Source: Rickettsiales bacterium
GTDB lineage: Bacteria > Pseudomonadota > Alphaproteobacteria > Rickettsiales > JABSSG01
NCBI GenBank assembly: GCA_047404135.1
Contig: JBDOIT010000002.1
Span: forward strand, 294,320 to 358,319
Reading direction: 5' to 3'
DNA: 64,000 bases
Position 1 is the first letter of the stretch. Every line of letters starts with the position of its first letter. The notes under the pieces are model-generated. The model had not been told where the DNA came from, did not search any database, and saw nothing but the letters and a program-made list of their open reading frames with translations. The translations under genes were made by a program, and so were the position numbers. Below, one piece after another: positions 45,740 through 54,811 of the stretch.

Positions 45740-47077
45740 ATGAAGAATTTATTTATCCAAACATATGGCTGTCAGATGAACGCCTATGATTCGATTAGAA
45801 TAGGGGATTTATTAAAGCCTTTTGGATACAAGACAACTGAGACTATAGAAGATGCAGATATTATTGTACTTAATACATGTCATATTAGAGAAAAAGCTAC
45901 TTCTAAAGTCTATTCTAAACTTGGGAGGATTAGAGATCTAAAAGAGAAATTAGGAAAAGAAATAACCACTGTTGTTGCCGGATGCGTTGGGCAAGCAGAA
46001 GGAAGGGAAATCTTCAAAAGAGCCCCTTGGGTAGATGTCGTAGTGGGGCCACAATCTTACCAAAATCTACCAGAGCTCTTGGCAAAACTATCCAGAGAAA
46101 ACAAGCATGTCTGGGATTTGGATTTCGCACAGGAAAGTAAGTTTGATAATTTGCCGGAATATTCAAAAGCACAAGGACCAACGGCTTTTTTGTCTATCCA
46201 AGAAGGCTGTGATAAATTCTGTAAATTCTGCTGCGTACCTTATACAAGGGGAGCAGAGTTCTCAAGACCGGTAGAGAAAATATATAGAGAAGCATTAATA
46301 ATCGCCTCCCAGGGAAGCAAGGAAATTACTTTACTTGGGCAGAATGTGAATGCATATCACGGAATGGATTACAGCAAACAACAAGCTTCTTTAGCAGATC
46401 TTGTAAAATATATAGCAAAGATCGATGAGGTCAAGAGAATCAGATATACAACTTCTCATCCATTAGATATGACAGATGACTTGATAGAGGCCCATGGCTC
46501 TGTTAAAAAATTAATGCCCTTTTTGCACCTTCCTGTTCAATCCGGTTCCGATAAAATGCTAAAGGAAATGAATAGGAAACATACTGCAGCATTATATTTT
46601 AATGTGGTAGATAGGTTAAAGGCAGCGCGGACTGACATCTCTTTTTCTTCTGACTTTATAGTTGGATATCCAGGAGAAACAGACAAAGATTTTGAAGATA
46701 CTCTAGAGTTAGTGAAACGAGTGGAATTTGCTCAAGCCTACTCTTTCAAATACAGTCCAAGACCTGGAACACCAGCATCTATTATGGCTCAGGTTCCAGA
46801 AGAAATCAAAGCTGAAAGATTGCAAAAACTACAAACTTTATTGAATCAACAGCAGTATGATTTCAATAAAAAATCTATCGGTAAAACAATGAATGTTTTA
46901 ATAGAGAAATCTGGAAAACATGAGAATCAATATGCCGGAAAAACCGAATATATGCAGACAGTACTTTTAGATAATGCATCTGAATATATCGGAAAAATAG
47001 TAAGGGCAAAAATCGTTCAAGCATCGCCAAATAGCCTCCAGGGGGAGTTGGTTAATACAAAGGAGAGTGCAGCGTAA
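45740..47077 (+). CDS. miaB: tRNA-2-methylthio-N6-dimethylallyladenosine synthase MiaB
   Basis: [14 protein letters not shown] (UPF0004 domain Cys), radical-SAM [15 protein letters not shown], and a C-terminal TRAM domain; 445 aa. Confidence 0.96.
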   Translation: MKNLFIQTYGCQMNAYDSIRIGDLLKPFGYKTTETIEDADIIVLNTCHIREKATSKVYSKLGRIRDLKEKLGKEITTVVAGCVGQAEGREIFKRAPWVDVVVGPQSYQNLPELLAKLSRENKHVWDLDFAQESKFDNLPEYSKAQGPTAFLSIQEGCDKFCKFCCVPYTRGAEFSRPVEKIYREALIIASQGSKEITLLGQNVNAYHGMDYSKQQASLADLVKYIAKIDEVKRIRYTTSHPLDMTDDLIEAHGSVKKLMPFLHLPVQSGSDKMLKEMNRKHTAALYFNVVDRLKAARTDISFSSDFIVGYPGETDKDFEDTLELVKRVEFAQAYSFKYSPRPGTPASIMAQVPEEIKAERLQKLQTLLNQQQYDFNKKSIGKTMNVLIEKSGKHENQYAGKTEYMQTVLLDNASEYIGKIVRAKIVQASPNSLQGELVNTKESAA

Positions 47078-47202
47078 GCATAATACCTGAAGTAACTACT
47101 GTAACTTTCAATGGCATAGAAACTATTGATATACAAGTGCATGCACATATAGGAAAGGGTATGCCCGCGTTTAACGTCGTTGGCCTACCTGACAAAATAA
47201 AG
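47077..47202 (+). pseudogene. comM: 5' remnant of comM/yifB (Mg-chelatase-like ATPase); about 42 codons, no start, rest of gene missing
   Basis: The frame directly after the miaB stop reads [42 protein letters not shown]. This parallels the YifB/ComM N-terminus (..LGV.A..ITVEVHISKGLPGLTMVGLPET.. in E. coli as I recall). The similarity ends where the convergent ftsB 3' end begins. Confidence 0.6.
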
Positions 47203-47205
47203 TGC

Positions 47206-47514
47206 TCACTCTACATAGATAGTTTCATTTTTCTGCGCATAACCCAGATTCCTTCTAGCTTGCTCTTCTAAAAGATCTAAGTCCAGAGATTCAGGCTTCA
47301 TACGATTAACTTTGCTCTGCAATATCCTCCTCTCTTCTTCTAGAATACCTACCTCATCTCGGATGATTTTATGTTGCTCAGTAAGTTTGAACAAGGAAAG
47401 AATGCCACGATCTCCACTGATTATATTATATATAAAATAATATATCAGAATAAAAAAAAGCAGGATAGGAATGACCTTACGTATTCTAAATGTAGGCTTT
47501 TTCAGATTAGGCAT
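47206..47514 (-). CDS. ftsB: septum formation initiator FtsB/DivIC family
   Basis: An N-terminal TM (VIPILLFFILIYYFIYNII), then a coiled coil, then LDLDLLEEQARRNLGYAQKNETIY, which is the typical FtsB C-terminal block. Upstream of eno, as in many proteobacteria. Confidence 0.85.
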   Translation of the reverse strand: MPNLKKPTFRIRKVIPILLFFILIYYFIYNIISGDRGILSLFKLTEQHKIIRDEVGILEEERRILQSKVNRMKPESLDLDLLEEQARRNLGYAQKNETIYVE

Positions 47515-47541
47515 AATTTCTATACCTCAATAAATTAGTGG

Positions 47542-48825
47542 CTATAGAGCCATTTCACAAAAGCTCTTCAATTGGCTATACTGAGCATTTTCACCAAGCT
47601 CTTCGCTAATTCTTAAAAGCTCATTATATTTTGCAGTTCTATCTACTCTACAAACAGAGCCTGTTTTAATCTGACTACAGCCCATAGCAACAGCTAGATG
47701 CGCTATTGTAACATCTTCTGTTTCACCAGAACGATGAGACATCACACATTCATACTTCTTTGAATGCGCTAGGTTTATTGTGTCAAAAGTTGAGCTAATA
47801 GTCCCCACTTGATTAGGCTTTATCAAAACAGCATTCGCGATATTCTTATCAATGCACTGAGATAAAATTTCTTTATTAGTTGCAAACACATCATCGCCAA
47901 CTATTTGAACCTTATCACCCAATGCTTTGGTCATTTCCTGCCACCCATCATAATCTGCCTCTGCAATACCATCCTCAATCGAGTATATAGGATAGTCTCT
48001 AACCATATCCTGGTAGTAGTTCACCAACTGACTTGCTTTCAAACTCTTCCCTACGCCTTTGAACTGATACTCACCATCGCTGTAAAGCTCTGTTGCAGCA
48101 ACATCTAGTGCAAGCATTACATCTGCACCTGGCTTATATCCAGCAGCCTCTGTTGCTTGAAGAATTAACTCTAGAGCATCTCTATCATATTTCAGATTAG
48201 GCGCAAACCCCCCTTCATCTCCCACACTAGCGCCAAGATTTTTTGACATCAAAATCGCTTTCAATGATGTAAAAATTTCTGACCCCATTCTTATAGCGTC
48301 ACGTATGTTTCTTGCTCCCGTAGGCATGATCATGAATTCTTGTATATCAAGCAAATTATCAGCATGCACTCCACCATTCAAAATATTTACCATAGGTACA
48401 GGCATTGTTTTTGCATTAGGGTTAATATGTAAAAACAAAGATTTTTCCTCAGCTAATGAAGCGGCCTTTAAGATTGCCATTGACGTTGCAACAATTGCGT
48501 TCGAACCTAAATTAGAGCATGTTTTTGTTCCATCTAATTCTAATAAAATAGAATCTATTTCATTCTGCGCTCTACAGTCTCTGCCTATTAAAGCAGGAGA
48601 TATTATTGCATTAACATTATTCACCGCCTTTGTTACGCCTTTGCCAAAAAATTTAGATTTATCTCCATCTCTAAGCTCGTGTGCTTCGCGCATACCAGTT
48701 GATGCACCGCTTGGTGCTGCTGCTCTGGCGAATCTTTGATCATCAATAAAGGCATCCACTTCTACCGTAGGGCATCCTCTACTATCCAGTATTTCTCTTG
48801 CAACTATTTTCTTTATTTGCGACAT
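47542..48825 (-). CDS. eno: enolase
   Basis: ILDSRGCPTVEVD, SHRSGETED and IKTGS motifs; 427 aa. Confidence 0.98.
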   Translation of the reverse strand: MSQIKKIVAREILDSRGCPTVEVDAFIDDQRFARAAAPSGASTGMREAHELRDGDKSKFFGKGVTKAVNNVNAIISPALIGRDCRAQNEIDSILLELDGTKTCSNLGSNAIVATSMAILKAASLAEEKSLFLHINPNAKTMPVPMVNILNGGVHADNLLDIQEFMIMPTGARNIRDAIRMGSEIFTSLKAILMSKNLGASVGDEGGFAPNLKYDRDALELILQATEAAGYKPGADVMLALDVAATELYSDGEYQFKGVGKSLKASQLVNYYQDMVRDYPIYSIEDGIAEADYDGWQEMTKALGDKVQIVGDDVFATNKEILSQCIDKNIANAVLIKPNQVGTISSTFDTINLAHSKKYECVMSHRSGETEDVTIAHLAVAMGCSQIKTGSVCRVDRTAKYNELLRISEELGENAQYSQLKSFCEMAL

Positions 48826-48826
48826 A

Positions 48827-50404
48827 TCATTCCCCCTTGATCTTCTCTTCTATTAATTTGATGGTTTGCTTCACTCCATATAATTTTACAAAAGATCCAA
48901 GACGCGGACCTTGTTCTTGTCCTAACAACCCTTCGTATATCATCTTAAAAAATTCTCTTAGATTGCCATAGCTTGACCCTTTTCCCACTCTGTAAAAGAT
49001 TCTCTGTATTTCCTCTGGAGCATAATGGTCATTTACTTGCATCAACTCTAGTTTTACTTCCTCAAGTAATGCGATATCTGAATCTTCTAGATCTCTATAT
49101 TTTTTACTAGATTTCACAAAATCCTTATAATAACGCACAGCATGCCCTGCGAGCCTATCTAGAAACCTTGCATCTTCCCTCTTTAGGTTGGTAGCATATT
49201 TTTCTATAAAACCCCATAATGCATTTTTATCTTCAGGGTTTACAACGCATGCTAAATTAAGCAACAGGTTAAATGTAATGCCTCCTAGGTCATATTTAGG
49301 AACATCCCCATTGTGAATATGCCAAGCTGGATTATTTACCTTGTCCACTCCATCAGCTTCATGATATTTTTCAACAAAAGCAATGTATTCATCAACGCTT
49401 TTTGGTATTACGGAGAAATACATTTTTTTTGCTCTGTTGGGAGTTTGGAACATATAGCAAGACAAGCTTTCAACGGGTGCGTACTTTATCCAATCTTCGA
49501 TCGAAACCCCATTACCTTTTGTTTTAGATATCTTTTTTCCGTACTCATCCAAGAACATCTCGTAGCAGAATTCTGTTGGTCCTTTTCCTCCTACTACACT
49601 GCAAATTTGTCGATATAGCTTAGAGTTAGCAAGATGATCTTTTCCATACATCTCAAAATCCACATCAAGTGCCGCCCAACGCATGCCAAAATCTGGCTTC
49701 CATTGCAACTTGCAATTCCCCCCCGTAACAGGAACCTCTATTTCTTCATTTGTATCTGGATCTAGATATATAATAGTTCCTTTTGCAACATCTCGATTTA
49801 CCACTGGCACATAAAGCACTCTACCTGTTCTGACGCATATAGGCAGGAAGGGGCTATATGTTTGCTGCCTTTCTTCTCCTAACGTTGGAAGCATAATTGA
49901 CATAATTTGATCATAATGCTCTAATGCTTTGAGCAAGAATTCATCAAATTTTCCGGCTCTATATAGATCAGTTGCACTGTGGAATTCATATTCAAAATTA
50001 AAACCTAACAGAAACCTCTGAAGCTTTTTGTTCATGTAGTCACCATAACTTTTCTCTTCGCCAAATGGGTCTGGAACCGCCGTTAGAGGCTTTTGAATAT
50101 GGGACCCTAGCATTTCCGCATTAGGTAAGTTGCCAGGAACCTTCCTCATTCCATCCATGTCATCCGACACTACGATCAACTTTGTAGGGATGTCGGATAT
50201 TTGCTCGAATGCAGTTTTTACCATCTGTGTCCTAACTACCTCACAATATGTACCGATATGGGGCAATCCAGATGGTCCATATCCTGTTTCAAACAAGACG
50301 TAGCCTTTCTTTGGCGTCTTGCCATCCAGTCTTTGTAGTATTTTTTTAGCTAACTCAAAAGGCCATACCTTGCTATCTTGAATTAGTTGCTTTATATCAC
50401 GCAT
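48827..50404 (-). CDS. lysK: lysyl-tRNA synthetase, class I
   Basis: WPFELAKKIL...ETGYGPSGLPHIGTYCEVVRT (HIGH-like) and KISKTKGNG (KMSKS-like), the class I LysRS architecture; 525 aa. Confidence 0.93.
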   Translation of the reverse strand: MRDIKQLIQDSKVWPFELAKKILQRLDGKTPKKGYVLFETGYGPSGLPHIGTYCEVVRTQMVKTAFEQISDIPTKLIVVSDDMDGMRKVPGNLPNAEMLGSHIQKPLTAVPDPFGEEKSYGDYMNKKLQRFLLGFNFEYEFHSATDLYRAGKFDEFLLKALEHYDQIMSIMLPTLGEERQQTYSPFLPICVRTGRVLYVPVVNRDVAKGTIIYLDPDTNEEIEVPVTGGNCKLQWKPDFGMRWAALDVDFEMYGKDHLANSKLYRQICSVVGGKGPTEFCYEMFLDEYGKKISKTKGNGVSIEDWIKYAPVESLSCYMFQTPNRAKKMYFSVIPKSVDEYIAFVEKYHEADGVDKVNNPAWHIHNGDVPKYDLGGITFNLLLNLACVVNPEDKNALWGFIEKYATNLKREDARFLDRLAGHAVRYYKDFVKSSKKYRDLEDSDIALLEEVKLELMQVNDHYAPEEIQRIFYRVGKGSSYGNLREFFKMIYEGLLGQEQGPRLGSFVKLYGVKQTIKLIEEKIKGE

Positions 50405-50468
50405 GTGCTCTACAATGATGTTAGGAATATAGTAACAACAGAGGATACAACAAAATTATAACAAGGCA

Positions 50469-50996
50469 ATGAAAATATTCTTCTCTTCTTACTCGAAAAT
50501 ATTTTGCTTAATCCTAGCATTCTCAAGTTTTGCACTGGGTTCTTCGTACTTCGTGGAATATGTTCTACATATTAAACCCTGCCCATTATGCATATATCAA
50601 CGTATTCCTTATTTCTCATTAATCATCGTATCCGGTTTAGGCTACTTAATTGGAACAAACAGACTGTCTAAATATTTTTGCTATATTTGCTCAGCTATAT
50701 TCTTTATTGGATCAATGCTTGCTTTATACCATACCGGGATCGAAAGAAATCTAATTGAAGAATCTACTACATGCTCAGCTACCTCCCCGCATCTATCCTT
50801 CAAATCTTTAAAGAATGAGATTTATCAAAACAACGTTTCCTGCAAGGAAGTAAAATTCCGAGTAGCAGGCCTGTCTGTAGCTGAGATTAATTCTCTTCTC
50901 TCCTCCGCAATGTTTGTATATGTTTTCCTGTCTACATACAGGCTAAGGTGGAACGTCCTTAAAGAGCCTGATGACAGCAATGCACTTAATCTGTAG
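50469..50996 (+). CDS. dsbB: disulfide bond formation protein DsbB family
   Basis: Four TM segments, a first periplasmic-loop CPLCIYQR motif and a second Cys pair (TCSA..., VSCKEV); 175 aa. Confidence 0.8.
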   Translation: MKIFFSSYSKIFCLILAFSSFALGSSYFVEYVLHIKPCPLCIYQRIPYFSLIIVSGLGYLIGTNRLSKYFCYICSAIFFIGSMLALYHTGIERNLIEESTTCSATSPHLSFKSLKNEIYQNNVSCKEVKFRVAGLSVAEINSLLSSAMFVYVFLSTYRLRWNVLKEPDDSNALNL

Positions 50997-51061
50997 AAGC
51001 TCAAAGAGATTCTGGACTATAGCTAAGTAAAGTATTTGAAGTTGTAGAATGTGGGGTAAGA

Positions 51062-51090
51062 TCTCAAAAATAACATAATAATTTTTGAGA
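51062..51090. terminator. AT-rich 10-bp perfect hairpin between convergent genes (possible bidirectional terminator)
   Basis: TCTCAAAAAT (51062-51071), a 9-nt loop, then ATTTTTGAGA (51081-51090). It lies between the dsbB 3' end and the 3' end of the 51289-51957 ORF. There are only two G:C pairs, so the stem is weak. Confidence 0.3.
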
Positions 51091-51288
51091 CATGCACACA
51101 CATTTAATATACGACAAAACGCTGGGAATAAGATTAACGTGCTGAAAGATTGAAAGGTTCTTTGTTTTTATCAAGGTAAAAAAAGAATGAACTCTTTAAA
51201 GAAGAATTATCTAGATATTGCTACTAACTGCCTTATCTTATCTAAAGTAGCACCTTAGTAATGAGCATAAAGACCCCTGCGCCTAGCG

Positions 51289-51957
51289 TTATAACTCACC
51301 ATGCTCTTCGAAAATAACATTGCCAGCAAGGTCGTTGTCAGAATCGCCTTGCATAAAAAAGTTATACATATCCTCACTACATCCTTTCAGTTGTCTCGAA
51401 ACAAAATTTCCTGCTTTATTGGAGTATTCATTCCAATCATTATAACTTTCTATAAACTTAATACTTGCTGTAAACGCAGGAAAAACCCTCGCAATAAAGT
51501 GAGGGTTTTGTGAGTCTAAGCCACTAAACGCAGTATAAACAGCAATCTCCCACTTTAATAAATCAACGAGGCCAGCGGCTTTAGTAAGATCTTCTGCTAT
51601 ATCATCAATAAAAGACTCAAATGCTGCTTCTTGGGCTTTAGAAACTTGCTTTTCCTCTGCTCCTACATAGTGCTTTATAGCACTCTCCACATACTCTCCC
51701 GCAAGATCACCAACTGCATTTCCTATATAATACCCAACCGATACTGATCCAATCTTGTAAGGTAAAGCAAACCCATAAGACGCAGCAATACAGTAAGCTC
51801 CATATGCAGCTCCAGCTTTTACAAGATCCTCTGTGACATCATCCATAGAATGTTGCAGAAATTCCTTAGGCTGCTCATACACTGACCTACTTAAGAATGT
51901 ATAAAGATCCGCGAATGGATTTTCTTCTTCCCTTTTCTTCTTTGTAACCAAATGCAC
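51289..51957 (-). CDS. hypothetical protein (orphan, 222 aa, internal duplication, Gly/Ala/Tyr-rich hydrophobic core)
   Basis: GTG-initiated ORF. DDVTEDLVKAGAAYG (aa 39-) is repeated as DDIAEDLTKAAGLVD (aa 118-). It has a glycine-zipper-like stretch AGAAYGAYCIAASYGFALPYKIGSVSVGYYIGNAVGDLAG. No family recognised. Confidence 0.5.
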   Translation of the reverse strand: MHLVTKKKREEENPFADLYTFLSRSVYEQPKEFLQHSMDDVTEDLVKAGAAYGAYCIAASYGFALPYKIGSVSVGYYIGNAVGDLAGEYVESAIKHYVGAEEKQVSKAQEAAFESFIDDIAEDLTKAAGLVDLLKWEIAVYTAFSGLDSQNPHFIARVFPAFTASIKFIESYNDWNEYSNKAGNFVSRQLKGCSEDMYNFFMQGDSDNDLAGNVIFEEHGEL

Positions 51958-52061
51958 CTGTGAAACCGCTTGCTTTACCGTAGTAACATTTTAGCAACAC
52001 TGTTGCAAAAAGTCAACGATTTTGGATAGACATTAGATAAAGCCGACGACTAAAGAAAATT

Positions 52062-52814
52062 CTAGCCTAGTAATTTTAGAATCGAGCTACCTAGTAATTG
52101 TAAATCTGCCTCCTCTGACATGCGGTGGTCTGAGTCTTTTGATATAACAACTTGCACATCTTTTGAAGAAAGTTTCTCTGCTAATTTTATAGAATTTTCT
52201 ACAGGAACAGAGTCATCGCGCATTCCATGCAATAGGATTACCGGAACATCTATCGGTATTTCTCTGTTCAGAAGCAAATTCTCTCTGCCATCTTCTATCA
52301 ATTTCTTAGTAATGCAGTAATCATAGCCGCCACGACCTATGGTTACCTTATTCTCTTTCTCAATAATAACCTTCTGATCATCAGTTAACGCACCCCACAT
52401 AAGATTCTCCGTAAAATCAACGGCACTAGCAATGTTTATGATTCCTTTGACTTTAACCTTGCCCTTAAGTTTTAAGGCAACTAATAAAGATATCCACCCT
52501 CCCATGCTAGAGCCAATAGGAATTATTGATGTTTCTGCAAGTTGCTTGATAATTTCAATGGATTCTTCTGTCCATTCTGAAATAGACCCATGCATCAAAT
52601 TTCCTGATGATTTTCCATGACCAGAATAATCAAAGGCCAAATAACGTAAATTATTTTGTGTACAAAACTCTTCTAAAAAAAGAGATTTTGTTCCTTCCAT
52701 ATCAGACATATACCCACATAAAAATACTATTGTTATATCTGAATTCTTTAGCTTTGAAAAATTGCTTTTATACGCTATATTGTGCTTACCAAGCTTGATT
52801 TGAAGATGCTGCAT
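52062..52814 (-). CDS. alpha/beta hydrolase fold protein
   Basis: Nucleophile elbow GSSMGG, a HGxxxS-like oxyanion region (FLCGYMSDM / SGHGKSSG) and a C-terminal DSDHRM (catalytic His); 250 aa. Confidence 0.8.
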   Translation of the reverse strand: MQHLQIKLGKHNIAYKSNFSKLKNSDITIVFLCGYMSDMEGTKSLFLEEFCTQNNLRYLAFDYSGHGKSSGNLMHGSISEWTEESIEIIKQLAETSIIPIGSSMGGWISLLVALKLKGKVKVKGIINIASAVDFTENLMWGALTDDQKVIIEKENKVTIGRGGYDYCITKKLIEDGRENLLLNREIPIDVPVILLHGMRDDSVPVENSIKLAEKLSSKDVQVVISKDSDHRMSEEADLQLLGSSILKLLG

Positions 52815-52833
52815 TTACATATACTCTTTATTC

Positions 52834-53991
52834 ATGGAAAAATCCTATCATAAACCAATTGTTTTACAAGTACTCCCATCTTTAGTCAGTGGTGGAGTTG
52901 AAAGATGTACTGTAGATACAACAAAATTCCTAAAAGAAGCAGGGTATCAATCCTTCGTTGCTTCTTCTGGGGGTCCATTAGTAAAATATGTAGAGAAAAA
53001 TAAAGCAAAGCACTTTACTTTGCCGCTAAAAGACAAGAATCCGATCCACATCATCATTAATGCCTTTGCTCTTGCTAAGTTAATAAGAAAGCATAAAATT
53101 CAGCTAATTCACGCAAGATCTAGAGCGCCAGCATGGAGTGCTTATCTGGCAGCAAAACTTACAAATCAAACCTTTATTGCAACTTTCCATGGGAAATACT
53201 CTGTAAACCCCATAAAGAAATACTATAACGCAGTGATGACAAAAGGTCATAAAGTAATAGCAGTATCAAATTTCATTAAGGAACATATTGAAGAAATTTA
53301 TAAAATTCCTGAAGACAGAATTTCTATAATACATTGTGGTGTTGATCTTGAAGAATTCAGCACAAAAAATGTTTCACCCGAATCTCTTGTCCGTTTAAAG
53401 AAAAGACTCTATATACCAGATGGTAAATTTGTCATTACTTTGCCAGGAAGAATAAACGACTCCAAAGGACACGCGGTACTTCTTAAGGCGCTCTCAAAAA
53501 TGAACAAGGAGAATATATGCTGTTTGCTCGCTGGAGACACTAAGCAACACAAAGGTAGTTTTGAACGACACATGAAGCTGGCTAAAAACCTGGGTATTGT
53601 TAATATCGTGACCTTCACTGGAGCAGTAAAAGACATGCCTTCTCTTTATATGCTTTCTGACCTGATAGTGTCCCCATCTTTAAAACCTGAGGCCTTTGGA
53701 AAGATCTCCATAGAAGCACAGGCAATGCAAAAGCCTGTAATCGCCACAAATATCGGAGGTCATAACGAAACGATAATTGAAGGAAAAACTGGATTCCTAA
53801 TACCACCTAATGACCCTGATGCCTTAGCAAAAAAAATTGCATTTGTGATGAATTTATCTAAAAAAAATAAAGTGAACCTTGGGAAATCAGCAAGACTCAA
53901 TGTGGAGCATAGGTTTTCTTCTGAAGCCACTAAAAAACACGCACTCTCTCTGTACAGCTCTCTTTTAAAAAAAGATCACAGCCCTTCTTGA
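52834..53991 (+). CDS. glycosyltransferase family 4 (group 1)
   Basis: VLQVLPSLVSGGVERCTVD N-terminus, and the C-terminal half carries the E-x7-E region (PEAFGKISIEAQAMQKPVIATNIGGHNETI); 385 aa. Confidence 0.85.
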   Translation: MEKSYHKPIVLQVLPSLVSGGVERCTVDTTKFLKEAGYQSFVASSGGPLVKYVEKNKAKHFTLPLKDKNPIHIIINAFALAKLIRKHKIQLIHARSRAPAWSAYLAAKLTNQTFIATFHGKYSVNPIKKYYNAVMTKGHKVIAVSNFIKEHIEEIYKIPEDRISIIHCGVDLEEFSTKNVSPESLVRLKKRLYIPDGKFVITLPGRINDSKGHAVLLKALSKMNKENICCLLAGDTKQHKGSFERHMKLAKNLGIVNIVTFTGAVKDMPSLYMLSDLIVSPSLKPEAFGKISIEAQAMQKPVIATNIGGHNETIIEGKTGFLIPPNDPDALAKKIAFVMNLSKKNKVNLGKSARLNVEHRFSSEATKKHALSLYSSLLKKDHSPS

Positions 53992-54212
53992 GTAGAAATA
54001 GAACCGTCTGATTTCTCAACGATCTTTTCTATTCTTAATTTCGCTTCTTTTAATTTAGATTCACAATGTTTTTTCAGTGCGTTTCCTCTCTCGTAGTCAT
54101 TGATCACCTTTTCTAAATCATCTTTGCCAGTCTCAATGCCTTTTACAATTTCTTGTAACTCACCTAAAGCCTCCTCAAAGGTAAATTGATCGATTTTTTT
54201 ATCTTTATCCAT
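53976..54212 (-). CDS. xseB: exodeoxyribonuclease VII small subunit
   Basis: FTFEEALGELQEIVKGIETGKDDLEKVINDYERGNALKKHCESKLKEAKLRIEKI matches the XseB helical hairpin pattern; 78 aa. Confidence 0.9.
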   Translation of the reverse strand: MDKDKKIDQFTFEEALGELQEIVKGIETGKDDLEKVINDYERGNALKKHCESKLKEAKLRIEKIVEKSDGSISTQEGL

Positions 54213-54529
54213 TCTAGCCTCCTTATAGTTAAAATAATTCTACTCTGTGAGGATGGTAAAATATAAACAACATAAAATCAATAACATAGTCAGGCTATGC
54301 TGCGCAAAACTCTCCCGCTAGCTCCTGAGCAATATTCGTATCCATTTTTCTGAGTCGCGTATCTAATAGAAGGACCGTAGAGCTAATGAGCTACTTTTTA
54401 CTAAGACATTTCCCCTTATCAAGATTCCCGACTGCGTAATTTCATTTGTTACGCCAGAAGCACTGGTTCCTTGTAATATTTTTTAATTAAAATATACTGA
54501 ACTTCTCAAGTTGGCAAAGAATTATCAAT

Positions 54530-54811
54530 ATGAAAGCAATAATATACCGCCCCAGCAAATCTGCTATGCAATCTGGGCTCAGAAACACAAAAAAATGGAC
54601 TTTAAAACTAGAGGCAGCCGAGCTAAACATAGACCCTTTCATAGGATGGACAGGATCTAAGGGAGAGCAACAAAGCCACTTATTCTCTTTCGATACAAAA
54701 GAGCAAGCTGAAAATTTTGCTAAGAAAAAAAATTTAGATTACAAAGCCATTGATCCTCAGAAAAAAAAAGTAGAGCCGAAATCATATATTGATAATTTCA
54801 AGCCATGTTAG
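54530..54811 (+). CDS. NDUFS4-like protein (ETC complex I 18-kDa subunit conserved region)
   Basis: AIIYRPSKSAMQSG....W.L.......DPFIGWTGS.......L.F.TKEQAENFAKKKNLDY matches the conserved core of mitochondrial NDUFS4 and its alphaproteobacterial homologues; 93 aa. Confidence 0.8.
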   Translation: MKAIIYRPSKSAMQSGLRNTKKWTLKLEAAELNIDPFIGWTGSKGEQQSHLFSFDTKEQAENFAKKKNLDYKAIDPQKKKVEPKSYIDNFKPC

